This document shows, piece by piece, positions 14,558 to 29,000 of a DNA stretch of 64,000 nt. The stretch's first letter is position 1. Each line of letters starts with the position of its first letter. The notes beneath the pieces are model-generated. The model saw only the letters and a list, made by a program, of their open reading frames with translations. It made no database searches and was not told the origin of the DNA. The translations under genes were made by a program, and so were the position numbers. The stretch comes from the human T2T-CHM13v2.0 reference genome, Homo sapiens. Where the stretch lies: assembly GCF_009914755.1 (NCBI RefSeq), contig NC_060926.1; one strand, given 5' to 3'.

Positions 14558-14757
14558 TGTTGTTGTTTTTTGTTTATTTTAAATTTCAACTTTTATTTTA
14601 GATTCGGAGAGTACACTGTGTGATGCTGAGGTTTTGGGTATGATTAATCCCATCTTCCAGGTACTGAGCATAGTATCCGATAGTTTTTTAACCCTTACCT
14701 CCCTTCCTACCCCACTAAGAGCCCCCAGTTTCTGTTGTTGCCATCTTTATGTCATGA
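14558..14757 (-). mobile_element. L1 3' end (old L1PA/L1PB), 5'-truncated
   Basis: ttcaacttttattttagattc...gatgctgaggttttgggtatgatt...caggtactgagcatagta...gttgccatctttatgtc. Confidence 0.75.
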
Positions 14758-15669
14758 ATAGCAGGGAGTATTTTTGAAGGTCTGATTGAGGAGTGCTTGT
14801 GTTCTAGTGGGTGAGGGGAAGGAGTGGATGGTGCAAACAAAGGCAGGGAGGCTGCCTGGGAGGCTGTTGGCAAAGGTCAGGCCTGAAAACAGAAAGTGGC
14901 AACGAGAAGCAAAAAGGAGAGGTGGGAATTAGAAGCAAAGGAACAGAGTTGTTGGTGATGCCAAGAATTAGAACTGGAGTTAGAAACTAAGCTGCATAAG
15001 CTTCTTCCTAATACCCACAAATTCACTCCCATGACTTTAGGAAGTGGAGGATGTGGTTGACAGGTGTTTTATAATTTGTTTTTTAGTCTATGTTAAGGGC
15101 AGTGTTGAAATCAGCCTGAGTGTAAGTGAATTCAGCCCCCTTTCTGAGTACCTCTAGTTCTGGATCGGTTCGCAAGACCAAAGATTTTTCAGGCTTTTTG
15201 AAGCAGTGAAATCTTAGGTAGCAGCCCTGTAGCTGCCCCTGTTTCATCCTTACCAAACTACAGTGCCTCAAGGAACTGCTGGCTCCTTGACTGTATGCAT
15301 AAATGGAGAATAGGTGGGAACTCTACTAGTCATCTTAAAAATTCCTTGGCTTCAGGTATTTGCGCAGGGAGTGCTGTGTTCTCCATACACAGAAGTACAT
15401 AGATGAGGTCTCTGTTCTTGTGACTCTAGAGAAGATGTAGTCTAGAATGAATGGTCATACTCACACATTTCTTCTTACAAATTGCAGTAAGTCTGAGGGA
15501 TGATGGTAGACCATAGATTGGGGGTGGACCTTCTATAGAATGGTGTCTATGGGGAAGTGACTTATAAAATGAGACCTGATGGTTGTCTAGAAGGCTGGGG
15601 AGAGCATTCCAGGTGAGAGGGAAAGGCCTTGCCCTTTGAGGACCTGAAACACAGCCTCAGTGTGTGATG

Positions 15670-16385
15670 AGGAGGGGTGTTCCCACCTTCTCCACTGCTA
15701 CCACACGTCCAAGCCACCATCATCTCCCTCTACCTGGACCAGCCCAGGAGCCTACTTGTTAATCTTGCAGCTTCCACTTTATCCTGACCCTCCCTTCTTT
15801 CCTCCCCTACCCCAGTCAGTCTGTTTTCCACACAACTATGGAGATTCTTTGCAAAAGGAATCATGTAATGTCACTCCTCTATCCTCAGCTCCCTAACAAC
15901 CCAAAGCCTTTCCCGTCGCTGACCATGCCATGCATATTCTAGGCCCTGATGCCTCTCAGACCCCCTTTCCCATGTCCGTTGACTTGCTCTCTGTTCTTTA
16001 GACATGCTCACCTCGCTGTACTTGAGCTCTTGCTCTCATGCTGGTCTTAGGGCTTTTTACTTGCCCTCTCCCTGCCTGGGATCATCTTCACTCAAATGTT
16101 GGCTCCTTCATTCCACCCAGGTGCCTGCTCAAATGTTTCCCTTCTCTGTAGCGGTATCTTCTCTTGAAAAAGAGTATTCTTTAACCTGCTTCAATTTTCC
16201 TTCCAGAACTTCTCACTGCATGACGTTATGCTCTATACGTGTTTTTTGCCAGTCTTTCCCACCACAATAAAAGCTGTACCATGTCAGGGTCTTTGCTGTG
16301 TCCACTGATATATCCCTACCACCTGGACTGGTACCTGGTACAGTAATAGATGTTTACTGAGTATTTGTGAACAAGCAAGTGAATC
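15670..16385 (+). mobile_element. L2 3' region
   Basis: tctccactgctaccac...ccaagccaccatcatctc...gtactggtacagt-like segment ending in aagtgaat. Confidence 0.7.
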
Positions 16386-16752
16386 ATCACTCATGCAGGA
16401 GAAGTAGGCAGAATCAATGTACCTGGAGCCTTGTGTGACTTAAAGGATTTTGCATTGTATCCTAAGGGCCATGAGATTAAAGGATTTCAAACATGGGAAT
16501 GACAAGATGAGCTAAATTTTGGAAGTAGAGCTCCAAAGCCTTGTTTGGTTTTGAAATGGAAGGTTGAAGGAGAAGGAGATGCCAGGGATGACCCCAGGTT
16601 CATATAAAGAACAGTGGAACAGAAAGAGGGGGCATTTGCTGAGAGGTGCAGTTTGGGGAGAGAGGTCTCTTAATTTAAGGCTCAGGTTGCTTGAGATAAG
16701 TGAGAGATGCCTGGGAGATGTTCAGGTGGGTGTGGCAAGTAGGGGTTGGATG

Positions 16753-16783
16753 TGCAGGGCTGAAATGCCACTAGAGGGCAATT
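16753..16783 (+). promoter_or_regulatory. Candidate CTCF site (core plus upstream module)
   Basis: CCACTAGAGGGCA at 16768-16780 matches CCASYAGRKGGCR. TGCAG at 16753-16757 sits at upstream-motif spacing. Confidence 0.6.
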
Positions 16784-17068
16784 GTGCCTTTCCCTACCAG
16801 GGGAATTGGGGCTGCATATTCCATGTCAGGGCTGAAGATCTAAGCAGTGCTTGCTGTTTACTCTGTTGAAAGGTCTGTTGTCTCAGGGCTTTTAAGCATT
16901 TCACAGGTCACAAGCAGTTATTTTTCTTTCTTGAGGGTGAGGCAGGGGAGCCTTGTTTTTATCTAGTGACTGATTTCTTGATAATGAACTGGTTGCTCCC
17001 TAACTACTGACCAGATGAACTTGGACAAGTGAAGCTTTGTGAGGTCCGATTTCCTCTTCTGTATAAGA

Positions 17069-18467
<1,399 letters not shown>

Positions 18468-21400
18468 TGATGATGGACTTTCCAGCCATGTAAGAAAGTG
18501 CAGGCGCTAGCTAGGGAGTGGGTTTGGGGAAGGAGCAAATGTTGGACCCAAAATCATGATATGGGGTTCTTCTCCTCCATCTGTTTTTATTCTAAACAGT
18601 TATCAGTCAGTGTGAAGAAGTTTGGGGATGAGGGTTTATGGGAGGGAGAGGAACAGTAATTCCTTAGGACCTTGAGTTGTCAAAGGGAAATCTTTGGGTA
18701 TTGGTGATAAAAAATAGAACCATTCTAAGAGTCTTTCATCTTAAACCTGAGCATTTTCTTAGTGGTGTGTGCTGTTTCCTACCAGAGCTTGTTTGTGGAA
18801 TGGTTGCCAAAAGGATTTTGAATCCAGTTAATAGGTTATATACAAGAAGATATGAATATTTCTATGAAAAACCAATAACATTAAAAAAGAAGTATGATGT
18901 TCCTAAACAGGCTTGATGCTGGTCTGCCCAAATGGCTATAAATATGCCTGACTTTACCTTAAGGATTTTTTTTCCATTGTGTTGGAGGCCTGAATCTGTG
19001 ACATTTCTTTGCATCTAAAACGCATCAGCTGATTCCCTTTCTACTCACTCAAAATCCACCAACACTGTCATCAAACTCCCTTATACATATTCCAAATAAT
19101 ATGCTGTCTTACACTGCAAGAGACATCTTTCCTGGTTGTTTGAAAGTACCTTTTTAAAATGTACAGATGTGTTTGGACACTCTTTTGGTTTCTAAAGCAT
19201 AACGTCCACTACATTTGCTGAGGCAGTGCTAAACCTGAGCTTTTAAACCTTTTCGAAGAGGTTTAATTTTCTGCATCTTGGATCTGAAACCACTTTGCAC
19301 TTGAGAGAGAAAAAATCATTTCTTAAAGAATAAAAAACAAAAAAACTCCACAATCCTTTTATGTTACCTATGGTTGAGTTGGATCTAAAACGATTGATTT
19401 TATATACTGTGGGGTTTTGTTTTCATTGAAAATATCTGAGGGTTTTTGCTTTATTTGGAAGGTGCTCTGGAGTCTGCAGCCAGCTCCAAGCAGTAGTGGA
19501 GGAGGCTGCCAGTTTTAGCAGTGACAAGAAGGGGTAAATTTCAATATTGTATTTGGGGATTTACCTGTTGGATTCCATTTTATCCTAATCCTTTTCTCAT
19601 AGTGCTGAAAATTGCCTCCAGAAACTTGACTTCAAATGCATGCAATGTTCTTTTAAGCACAAGTGGAAATAAAAAGGTTGGGAAAGATGAGAGGCTACTG
19701 CTTTCTCTGTCGTTGGGAGGTGGAGGCCCAGAGAAGCCAGTTTACCTGTTGTCTTGAGGCGTCCTGGCTGGTGCCTTTCCAAGGTTGAACCTTCACTCAC
19801 TCTTCCCAAGAGCCGTGGAGATGCTGCCCCCACCCCCACCCCATTGCTGTGGGCAGTCTTGGCTGCCCAATTCTGTACAAGAGATGCAAGTCATTTAAAA
19901 AGAAAGTTTGGTTGTGTTACTATCATGAGATTGGTCATTGGACATGAAGCTTGTCTTTGAAGAGGGGATAGTGGAGTAATGGGAAGGTAAAGTTAATGAT
20001 TTTTCCATTTCTTGATTACTTTTTAATGAGCTTGAGAAGTAAATATGTGCACCATTAAAAGGAAACTTTGTCTCTGAAACTAAAAGAAAATATTAGGGAC
20101 AAGTGGATCACTTAAAAAACACTTTCTCTTTACAAAAGGGCTTCTTTATATAAAGAACTCTAGTTTAATCACTGTATGATTTGACTTCTAAGAAAAGTTT
20201 TTAGATGCAGCTTTTAAACAATGCCTTGCATTGTAGGTAAGGTGCATCTCCTAGTAAAGATGACATTACCTCATAGCTTATTGCCTGGATACAGAGAAAC
20301 TTAGTGGGGCAGGTAAATGTTTCTTAAAATTTAACACTATAATTTAGTTAAAACTGATGTAATAGAATGATAGTGAAGTTCAAATCTTATGTCTACTTCA
20401 AGTTTTCTCATTCTTAAGTGACCAATCTTATGCTGAGAGTTGATATCCTCAGAGTATATTTGCAGTGCATTTGCATTGTATTTTAATTTCAGTAATTAAT
20501 TGGAAAATGAAGTGGCACAATGAGATGTTTATGGATCATCAGCCTATAAACATGGGCATTGGTAACTTGTATTTATCCTGCTGTTACAAATTAACTTTTG
20601 ATATGGATGGTAAGACATGCTTTTTCATATTTTTAAATCCTCACACAATTTGTTTGAATCATTTGTGTGTAAATAGATAGGAAGCAGTATCAAGGTTAAT
20701 TCAGAATTGCAGATTTGCTGACTCATTTCCAGAGTCATTCTGCTTGGGGTTGGTGTGAAATATGAGTGTTTTGGATGAGCACTTGCATGTTTTTATGTGA
20801 ACAAAAAGCATGTGAAAACAAATGGGAAGTGTGTGTGCATTATGGCAGACTGAAACAGAAATGAAATATACATTGGCAGGATATTGTCCTACCTGTAAAG
20901 ATATGCATTCCCTCCCAAAACACACACATATGCACACTGAGAGGACATCAGTGAAAAAGATGACTGTTTTCGTTGACTGTGCCTTGAGCATTTATAAATC
21001 TTCTTGTGCTTATAATTACAAACTCAGTGGATGAAATATTGAACTCATTCAAGAGTTTCTTTTGGGAATGCAAAGATAAATTTTAGCTATTTTTTCTCTC
21101 TTAAAAACATCTTAAGTCTCTATAATAATTTCTTAATTAGTAGGTGTTTAGAAAACAACAAAAGCAAAAGCAAAAGAAATATTTAAACAAATCTCCAAAC
21201 TAAACAAAATTCTCAAAAATGCATTTAACTCTTTAGAAGTTACTGTTCAATGATTTCTTTCTAGTTTGTGTAGAGTTCCGTTTTCAAATAGGAAGTAGAT
21301 TCAACACTTACCACATCTAGGCATTCAGGCATTTGTCCATTCATTCAAATTGCTTGCTTATTTCATATTTGTAAATTAAGTAATTGAATAACCATTGTCA

Positions 21401-22167
21401 TTTATAAATGTTCATAAAGTGACAGCCTCAACTATTGAGAATGGGGGTTTCACTTACTTGATTCCATTGACATCCAAGGTTGAATGGAATTTTCTTAGGC
21501 AAAAATGTTTCCTTCCACAACAAAATGAAAGAGTTGTGCTTCCAGATACTAGCTGGCAGGCCTTTGCTTTTAAACAGGTAACTATTTAGCTCAGGTCATG
21601 GATGTCTTGGATGATTTAGGCTCTTCTAGCAATAGCTGTATTTGTTATTGGCCTTCAAGACAAAGAAGATTCTGATGATCACAGATCCTTACAAGTAGCT
21701 CACCCACTGGACATAATGAATGCAGAAGAAAAAATAGTAAAAATAGTTTGATATTAATTCTAGAAGCACATATTGCTGGTGACTGGCAAATGAGAAGGAA
21801 TAAATAGACGAAGAAATGGTACTCTTCATTATCTTCTTTCTTCTTCGTCTTCAAAAAAAAAAAAAAAAAAGGAATTGTTTAATTATCCTGGTGGGTCTGA
21901 TTCCCTTTGCCTTGTTAGAGCAAGTTTCAGTGAGCAGTAACATTGTGCTCTCCTTAAACATCACTCCAGCCAATGAGAGCAAGCATGAGGAAATCATTCA
22001 CCTGCATTAAACAAGGTCCATTTAGAACTACTTTGGTCTTGCTGAATGGAGTGTCAGGGTTGTAAGTCTTCCTCCTGAAAGCTTCCTATTGATTCTTTTC
22101 TTGTTTTGTGAGGGTATCTCTCGAGATGGAAAGAGCAGGCTGTTTCTCCCAATGAACTCTTCTAGTT

Positions 22168-22384
22168 CACGGTTTCTTTACAGCTACACTGTTATTATTT
22201 TGGACCAGATAATTCTTTGTTGTGAGATGCTGCCTTATGCATTTAAGGAGGTTCAGTAGCATCCCTGGGCTTTACCTCTGAGCATCCCCCTAGTTGTGGT
22301 AATAAAAAATGTCTCTAGACACTGCCAGACGTTCCAGGGTTGCGGGGGGTTGTAGGGAAAATTGCCCCTGGTTCAAAACCATTG
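22168..22384. mobile_element. MER20 (hAT-Charlie)
   Basis: ttttggaccagataattctttgttgtg...agcatccctgg...aaatgtctctagacactgcca...aattgcccctggttcaaaaccattg. Confidence 0.8.
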
Positions 22385-22392
22385 CTTTAGAG

Positions 22393-22571
22393 CAGTGGTT
22401 TTCAATCTAGCTGCAGATTAAAATCACTATGATAGCTTTGAAAAAATACTGGTGGCTGAGCCTTACACTGCACTCTGAGATGCAAATTGAATTGATCTGG
22501 CACTGGACTTGGGCACTTTGCAAAAAGAGCTCTCAGGTGATTCTAATGAGTGGACCAGTTGGAAACCATTG
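22393..22571. mobile_element. MER5A/B
   Basis: cagtggttttcaa...agctctcaggtgattctaatg...gttggaaaccattg. Confidence 0.7.
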
Positions 22572-24814
22572 CCCTCAGTGAGTCATTTTGCTTAAGATGG
22601 GTTGGTGTGAGTGAAGGTTTCAAACACTCAGGCTTCCTGGGAAGAAGAAAACTTCTCCTTTTCCTTTGCTTAACTCCAGGACTGGGAAGGACTGATCCCA
22701 GCTGTTACCGTAAAACTTCACTCCATTCTAGACTAAAGTTGTCTAATAACATACTATCTGGGGATATGGGTTGAAAATTTGTGTTTTTGATGGGTGGAAT
22801 TGTTAGGCTAATTTGAAGGCAACTCTGACATATGAGTAGGCTCATGACTGCTTTACTTTTTAAAGCCTTTACATCCAGATAGAAAAAGAAGCACATGAGT
22901 TTCTAACCTATTTACGGCGGATGTCGGTGACGCCTGCACTGCCGGCAATGCTAATGGGTATTTCCCACAAGAGAATATTGCATTTCAAATCTCCCACTTT
23001 GTGGGTTTCACCCAGAGTTTTAAGACTGCTCCTTATTCTCTGTTGAGGTTATTAATGAGTAAACGAAAAATGTTGATAACACAAAGTGGCCTTGTCTATG
23101 AGGGGTCAGATAACCTGTATGTGGAAGACCCCAGCAGTGTTTCTCTGAAGCGGGATTGTCTGTGAATTAAGTAGTGTGCACTATAGCATGAATAATTACT
23201 CTCATAAATCTTTCATTTTGTTTAAAAAAGTCAGCACATCACTTGTGAATGAATTTGGACAATAGAAATTGAATGTCTCCTGGGAGAAAAATTTTAACAG
23301 TTACAGTTATGGAACACCAGAACTGATTTTAATTCAGGCCCTCTGTGTGTATTTCTGTTGTGTGAACTGACAGATGGTTAAAGAAATAATAATGGTTTTT
23401 GTTCTTCAAACTTCAATACTGTAATTTGGTAACCTTATGCACACTTTGATAAGACATCAACTTAAGTTTTTGATAAAATTGATTTATTGTACCATACTTG
23501 TATATGCAAAGCATATTACATTTATCATAAGGATACATTTTGACTTAATGACATAGAAAGCTTAATATTGAAAATATAGTTTGTTTAAGAAAATTGCAAT
23601 ATATATCAGAGGAAAACTATTGGAAAACCTAGATGGCTTAGAAAGGTATTTTCTAGTACAGTGTAAGGTTTTCAACTCCACTGACAATGATAGCACAATG
23701 CTATAAATGTAATTTAAATCTGGAGGGTCATTTTCATCTTTTTCCTATGGAGATTGCCTATCAACTTTGTATATATATGTGTATACATATGTTTATATAC
23801 ATTTCAGTGACTTTAATATTGCGTCTGCACAATGCCAAACATTCAACTGTTTTCTAGTTGGTCAAGCTAATGTTCAAATGTGTCTGGCATCCTGTCACAT
23901 AAGCTAGTTGCTGCCATAAAGTAAACCAAGAATCTCTTTCAACTGATTATAATCCTGTCCTTTAGACTCAGTTGAAACCAGTGAAATGTTTATATCTTCT
24001 GGCTTGTTGCAACTTTTCAGAAGATATGATAGAAAAAAAATGTGACCATTGAATTAGTGATGCATGTATCATTTCATTTTACCTGAAATTGGTTAGAACA
24101 AAGGTTGGGGAAGTGAAAAGCTATGGTGAGTTATTCCATTTCATCAGGTCACAGCTTTTCACAAGGGTCAAATGAATCAGACACGTGAATACAAATGCAT
24201 AAGTACATGAATAAATGAATGCAATACAAATACAGAATGTGTAGGGCTATACAGTTAAGTTGTAGTAATGATAGATTATTCTGGAGGCAGGGATGTAGGG
24301 ATGTTAGTCGATCTCCACTTTACACTCAGAAATAAGAGTGTAAAGTCAAAGTTTGCCAAAGCTTTAAGAAAATAAATAATTATAATGTTTTACTTGTGTA
24401 GCAACTTTGGGCCAGTGTATCTGTGATTGGAGTAAGTTTTCCAGGCTGAAATTTATCACCTTAGGCTCTACGACTTACTTTTGATGGTTAGAGATAGAAC
24501 TGTGGATTCCTTCATTAAATGGCCCTGTATGAGTATTCTTTTTTTTTTAATCTCCTAAAAATAGATTTCCAATCACTTCTAGTACTGCCATGATGTCAGC
24601 TGCACTCCTTGCTGACCTCAGCAGGCCTGACTTTAACTCATTTTCTCATTGTTTCTAAATTCTTTTCTGCTGTTCCCAATGGCTGGTCATAGCTTGGGAA
24701 TGCAGATAACTGCCCTGCTTAGAAATGTGTTTAAAATAAATAACCATGAGGTGTCCTTCTAAGAGTAAACTGCATGAGCTTCAGTGCATAGTCCATATGC
24801 CATAAGTATTTTAG

Positions 24815-25135
<321 letters not shown>

Positions 25136-26044
25136 CGTTTTTGCTTGTTGGCTGAGTCTTGACTACAGATAAGTGAGGCACTATGTTTCTATAATATTAT
25201 CAACTCAAATATTTGCTTCTTGGATACTTTGGTATAACCAAGTTGCCCTTGATAGTACTTTAATACATAATATTTATGGTGAGCATTGAGCATATTTGGA
25301 AAATATATTTATTTTGAATTTGATTTTGGGACCTATTAAGAATCGTTCCATGTTCTGAAATGGGCTGATTTGCAAGAGAGCTGGGAAATTTGAGATTCGA
25401 TATCAAGAGTAGACTACGGGACACTTGAGGATACAGACATAAAGTCTCAGCTCTAATTTATAAGTCTCTAATCTGCAAAAGAGTGAGGTTCAAGTTACTG
25501 CTGCTCCTGACATAAATTGCTTTCTCTTTAGAGTGCCGTTCAAGTGTTTCCAATAGAAAGAACCTCTGCTCTTTCTTAGATAGAGGATCCTTTAGCAGCA
25601 GAGAGGCAGGAGAGGTGTTTTTGAAAAGGGAAAATGGCAGAGGAGTAGCAGGTTACATTGTCATTCTTATAAAGGCAATACTGGTTTGTTGTTCCAAAGA
25701 TAAAAGACAATAACTGGGTTATTCACAGATGGCTGTTCATTTACCATTTTTACATAGTAAAATTTATGTGTATTATGGAATTTTTGTCTCAAATCATTAT
25801 GGAAGAATACAAGAAGTCTTGGGACTTCATCCTGGCTCCTGATCAAAATTAGGCACATATTCAATTACCGGATAAATGAAACTTCAGGAATTATATCCAA
25901 TAGTTTTTTTTTTTATTTAAAAATTTATCAGAATCTTAGTTATTTAGGCCTTCTGTAGGCTTTTCCATGAGACAGGAGATATCTAAGGGAAAAAGAGTGG
26001 ATTTGGTAATTGCTCAAAAACTATTTCAATTATTTCATCTCTCT

Positions 26045-26045
<1 letters not shown>

Positions 26046-26092
<47 letters not shown>
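26046..26092. repeat. (CA)23 microsatellite
   Basis: Perfect dinucleotide run. Confidence 0.97.
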
Positions 26093-26094
<2 letters not shown>

Positions 26095-29000
26095 ACATAC
26101 ACACAGCATTTAGTGTTCTTGTATGTATATTTAAAAATGTTAAATGCATTACGTTTAAAGATATTGAATGGTTTTTTTTATACCTCCTTCACCTTCATTT
26201 TCAGCCGTATGAAGGAAAGTAAGTCCTTTAAAAATTTTAAAACCTGGCAAACAAAATATTTTTAGCACCAGTTTTGCCTGCTGGTATGGTTGAGGGATAG
26301 AACGTTTAGATTAACTTTGGAAGACTAGGCATTTGAAAGTGGTCTCTGATACTCCCTGGTGAGTTGGCTTTTCTAGTGAGATCTAGTTACATATAGTCGT
26401 TGTTGCATTAAACTCAGAATTTTGCCTTCTGGTCTTGATTATAAAGAAAAGTGAAAAGTCTTCTCATCTTTCTCCTAATTATTGAGGGACTTTTTGGCTT
26501 TTAGGGAAACCCCTGATCTAGGCTGTATGTAGCTATAACTTCCTAAGTGTCCATAATTGCTAGTTCTTAAAAAATGTTAAAAAGCATGAATTGCTTTTGG
26601 GGGCATGGTTTGTGTTTTCTTACCAGTAAGAAAGAAACCCAATTGGTAGTGAATATGTACATGCATATTTATATATGCATATATTGATGCATATAGTTTT
26701 TAATTCAGTTAAATGAGAATAGATGTATATATTAATGCTAAAGAATAGGAAGAAATGAGGGCAATATAGCTGTATTTAGTTTAGAACATCATAGAATCAT
26801 AGAACTTAAAGCCATAAAGTATACTTTATGTTAGAGCTGTGACGTACTCAACCCGCCCATGTTCTGAATGAAATGATTGACTTCCAAAGAAGGTTAGTGA
26901 ATTGTCCAAGGCCAGATGTCAGCTAGTAGAGGACTAGAAAGAATCAAGCTGACTCCCAGGGCACAGGGTCAGTGTCTAAAGAAGACATTTATTCTTCTAG
27001 ACATAGAGGCCACTTGAGGTAGAGGTAATGTTAATGATAAAGACCCTAAATGGAATAAGGAACCAGTTTTTCTCAATTCTTATTGGAAATCCCAGAAAAT
27101 TAGACACATGCAGTGATGAGAGTGTGAGATAAGATAAGTATCACTAGCCTCTGGCTTAGAAAAGTATCAGAGAAGACCTGGTGATCTATTTATTAGGTGA
27201 GCTCAGAGCTATTGCCTGGAAACCTGTGATTCAGCCAGATGGGACACACAGTTCACAGCTGGATGGACAACTACCAAAATGCATTTTTAATAGAAGGAGT
27301 ATTCCTATTCCTAACCTGGGAGTTCAACAACCTTAGTATCCTTTTTCCTCCCACACAGACTCTCCTTACCCCAAGGCCATATTCCTTCCAGATAAACATT
27401 CTTGAGAAGATGGTCTGACCTTAGTCTGGTCCTTACATAGCCACTTGCATTCACAGCCAAAGTGCTGTGTCCAGGGAAGTGTTGGTTTCTGGAATGCAAG
27501 AAACAGAAGGGAAAGAGACCAGGAGCAAAAGGATGGGCCAGATGGCAACACCAAATGCTCTCAAGGAGTTGCGTTTTTTAATAACTCAGCTAACTGCAAA
27601 CAAAACTAATTAAGCCAGTTATTCTGATTTATGCTACTATAGGCAGAAGTAAAGTACACTTACATTCCTCTTTTGATGACATTTAAAAGGTCAGAATACC
27701 TGAGTTGCAGATTTTTGTTCATAGCAGCCTGGGCTGTTGAACCACTCTTGAGAATTCAAATTAACCAAGCTCATTAATTCAGCATCTCTTCTGTTTCCCT
27801 AGACAGCAAATGCCAATTCACCCATCCACCCAAACAGAATAATAAGACCCTGAAAGGCAAGTCATTAGTCATATCTGCGGATGATGGATTAGATGTGATT
27901 TAACAGGAAAGTGAGGTAAGAGTCAACTTATAGTAAGGAAGAGAGAGTGAAAATAACAGACGAAGGCAATTGTGAGACATCAGTTTTTGAGGGGGATGCT
28001 GTGAAGAATTTAAAGGAATCTGTTTGGTTGTGTGTGTTGTTAATGGTCTTATGTTGATTGGCAGGGCAGTCCTCTTCACTGTTACAAAAGCTGACCAGAA
28101 TTGCTCTGGTTATGGAGTCATGGGAGAAAGTGGCTGAATTTAGCTGCTTATTTTACATATGAGGACACTTATGAAGAGAGTACATTTATAATTATGATCA
28201 ATTTGAGGTCTAGGAATAAACGTTATCCAGGTGGTTTGCCATGAATAGCTCCCCCAGTATAGTGACTTTCATGAGAAACAGTTTGGAATCAAGCTTTTCA
28301 AAATCTGTGGAAGAACAGGCTTGAAAATTGTGTTTTTTTTTTTTTCTGTATCTCTTTAGCACTTAAATGGACATCAAGTTCAAGTCTTCAGTCCCTTATT
28401 CTAAAACTATATGCCATGTGGTTTTCATCTTTAATTTCTTTGGCTTTTTTCCTGTTGCAGTCTCAAAATTGCCCACTTTGGGGCTTATTGGCCTAGCACA
28501 TAAATCTATCTTCAGTGGAACCATTTTTGCCAGAGTCTGCACAGCCAGGTATACAAAAGACATTGATTTGAAAAAGGGAGCTAAGCTGGTTTGATTATTT
28601 CTATTCGCAAGGCATATGTAGTTATTTTTACATTTCGAGTATCCCTGTGGACTTTCACCCATATGTTAAGGTAATATGTGGTTACCTTAAACTGACATGT
28701 GGCATCTAAGCTTTATTTACAGCTTTACGGCAATGAAAAACAATTTTATAAACCCCCTTTAGATAAATTCTATTTTAATTATGAATAAAAATGACATTTA
28801 TTTAAAATGTGTTTAAAACACTTTAAAATAATTGACTTAAATTCCCATGGAGTTTAAAAAGAGTGATGTGATACACCAACTTCCTAAAGGGCTGGATAAC
28901 GGCATGCCTACCCAGCTGGAGTAGATTCGGGACTGGCTTTGCCACTTTCTTGCTGTGTAGCCTTTAGTACACCATCAACCTCTGTGGGCAAAATAATTTA

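Noticed and set aside
22899-23165. ~88-codon stop-free stretch over the CpG cluster
   Set aside because: No convincing start or splice sites and no recognisable homology. The length is within chance expectation.
24317-24346. 11-bp perfect hairpin actttacactc-N8-gagtgtaaagt, and a 10-bp stem at 13052-13081
   Set aside because: Too short for a pre-miRNA. One or two such stems are expected by chance in 64 kb of AT-rich DNA.
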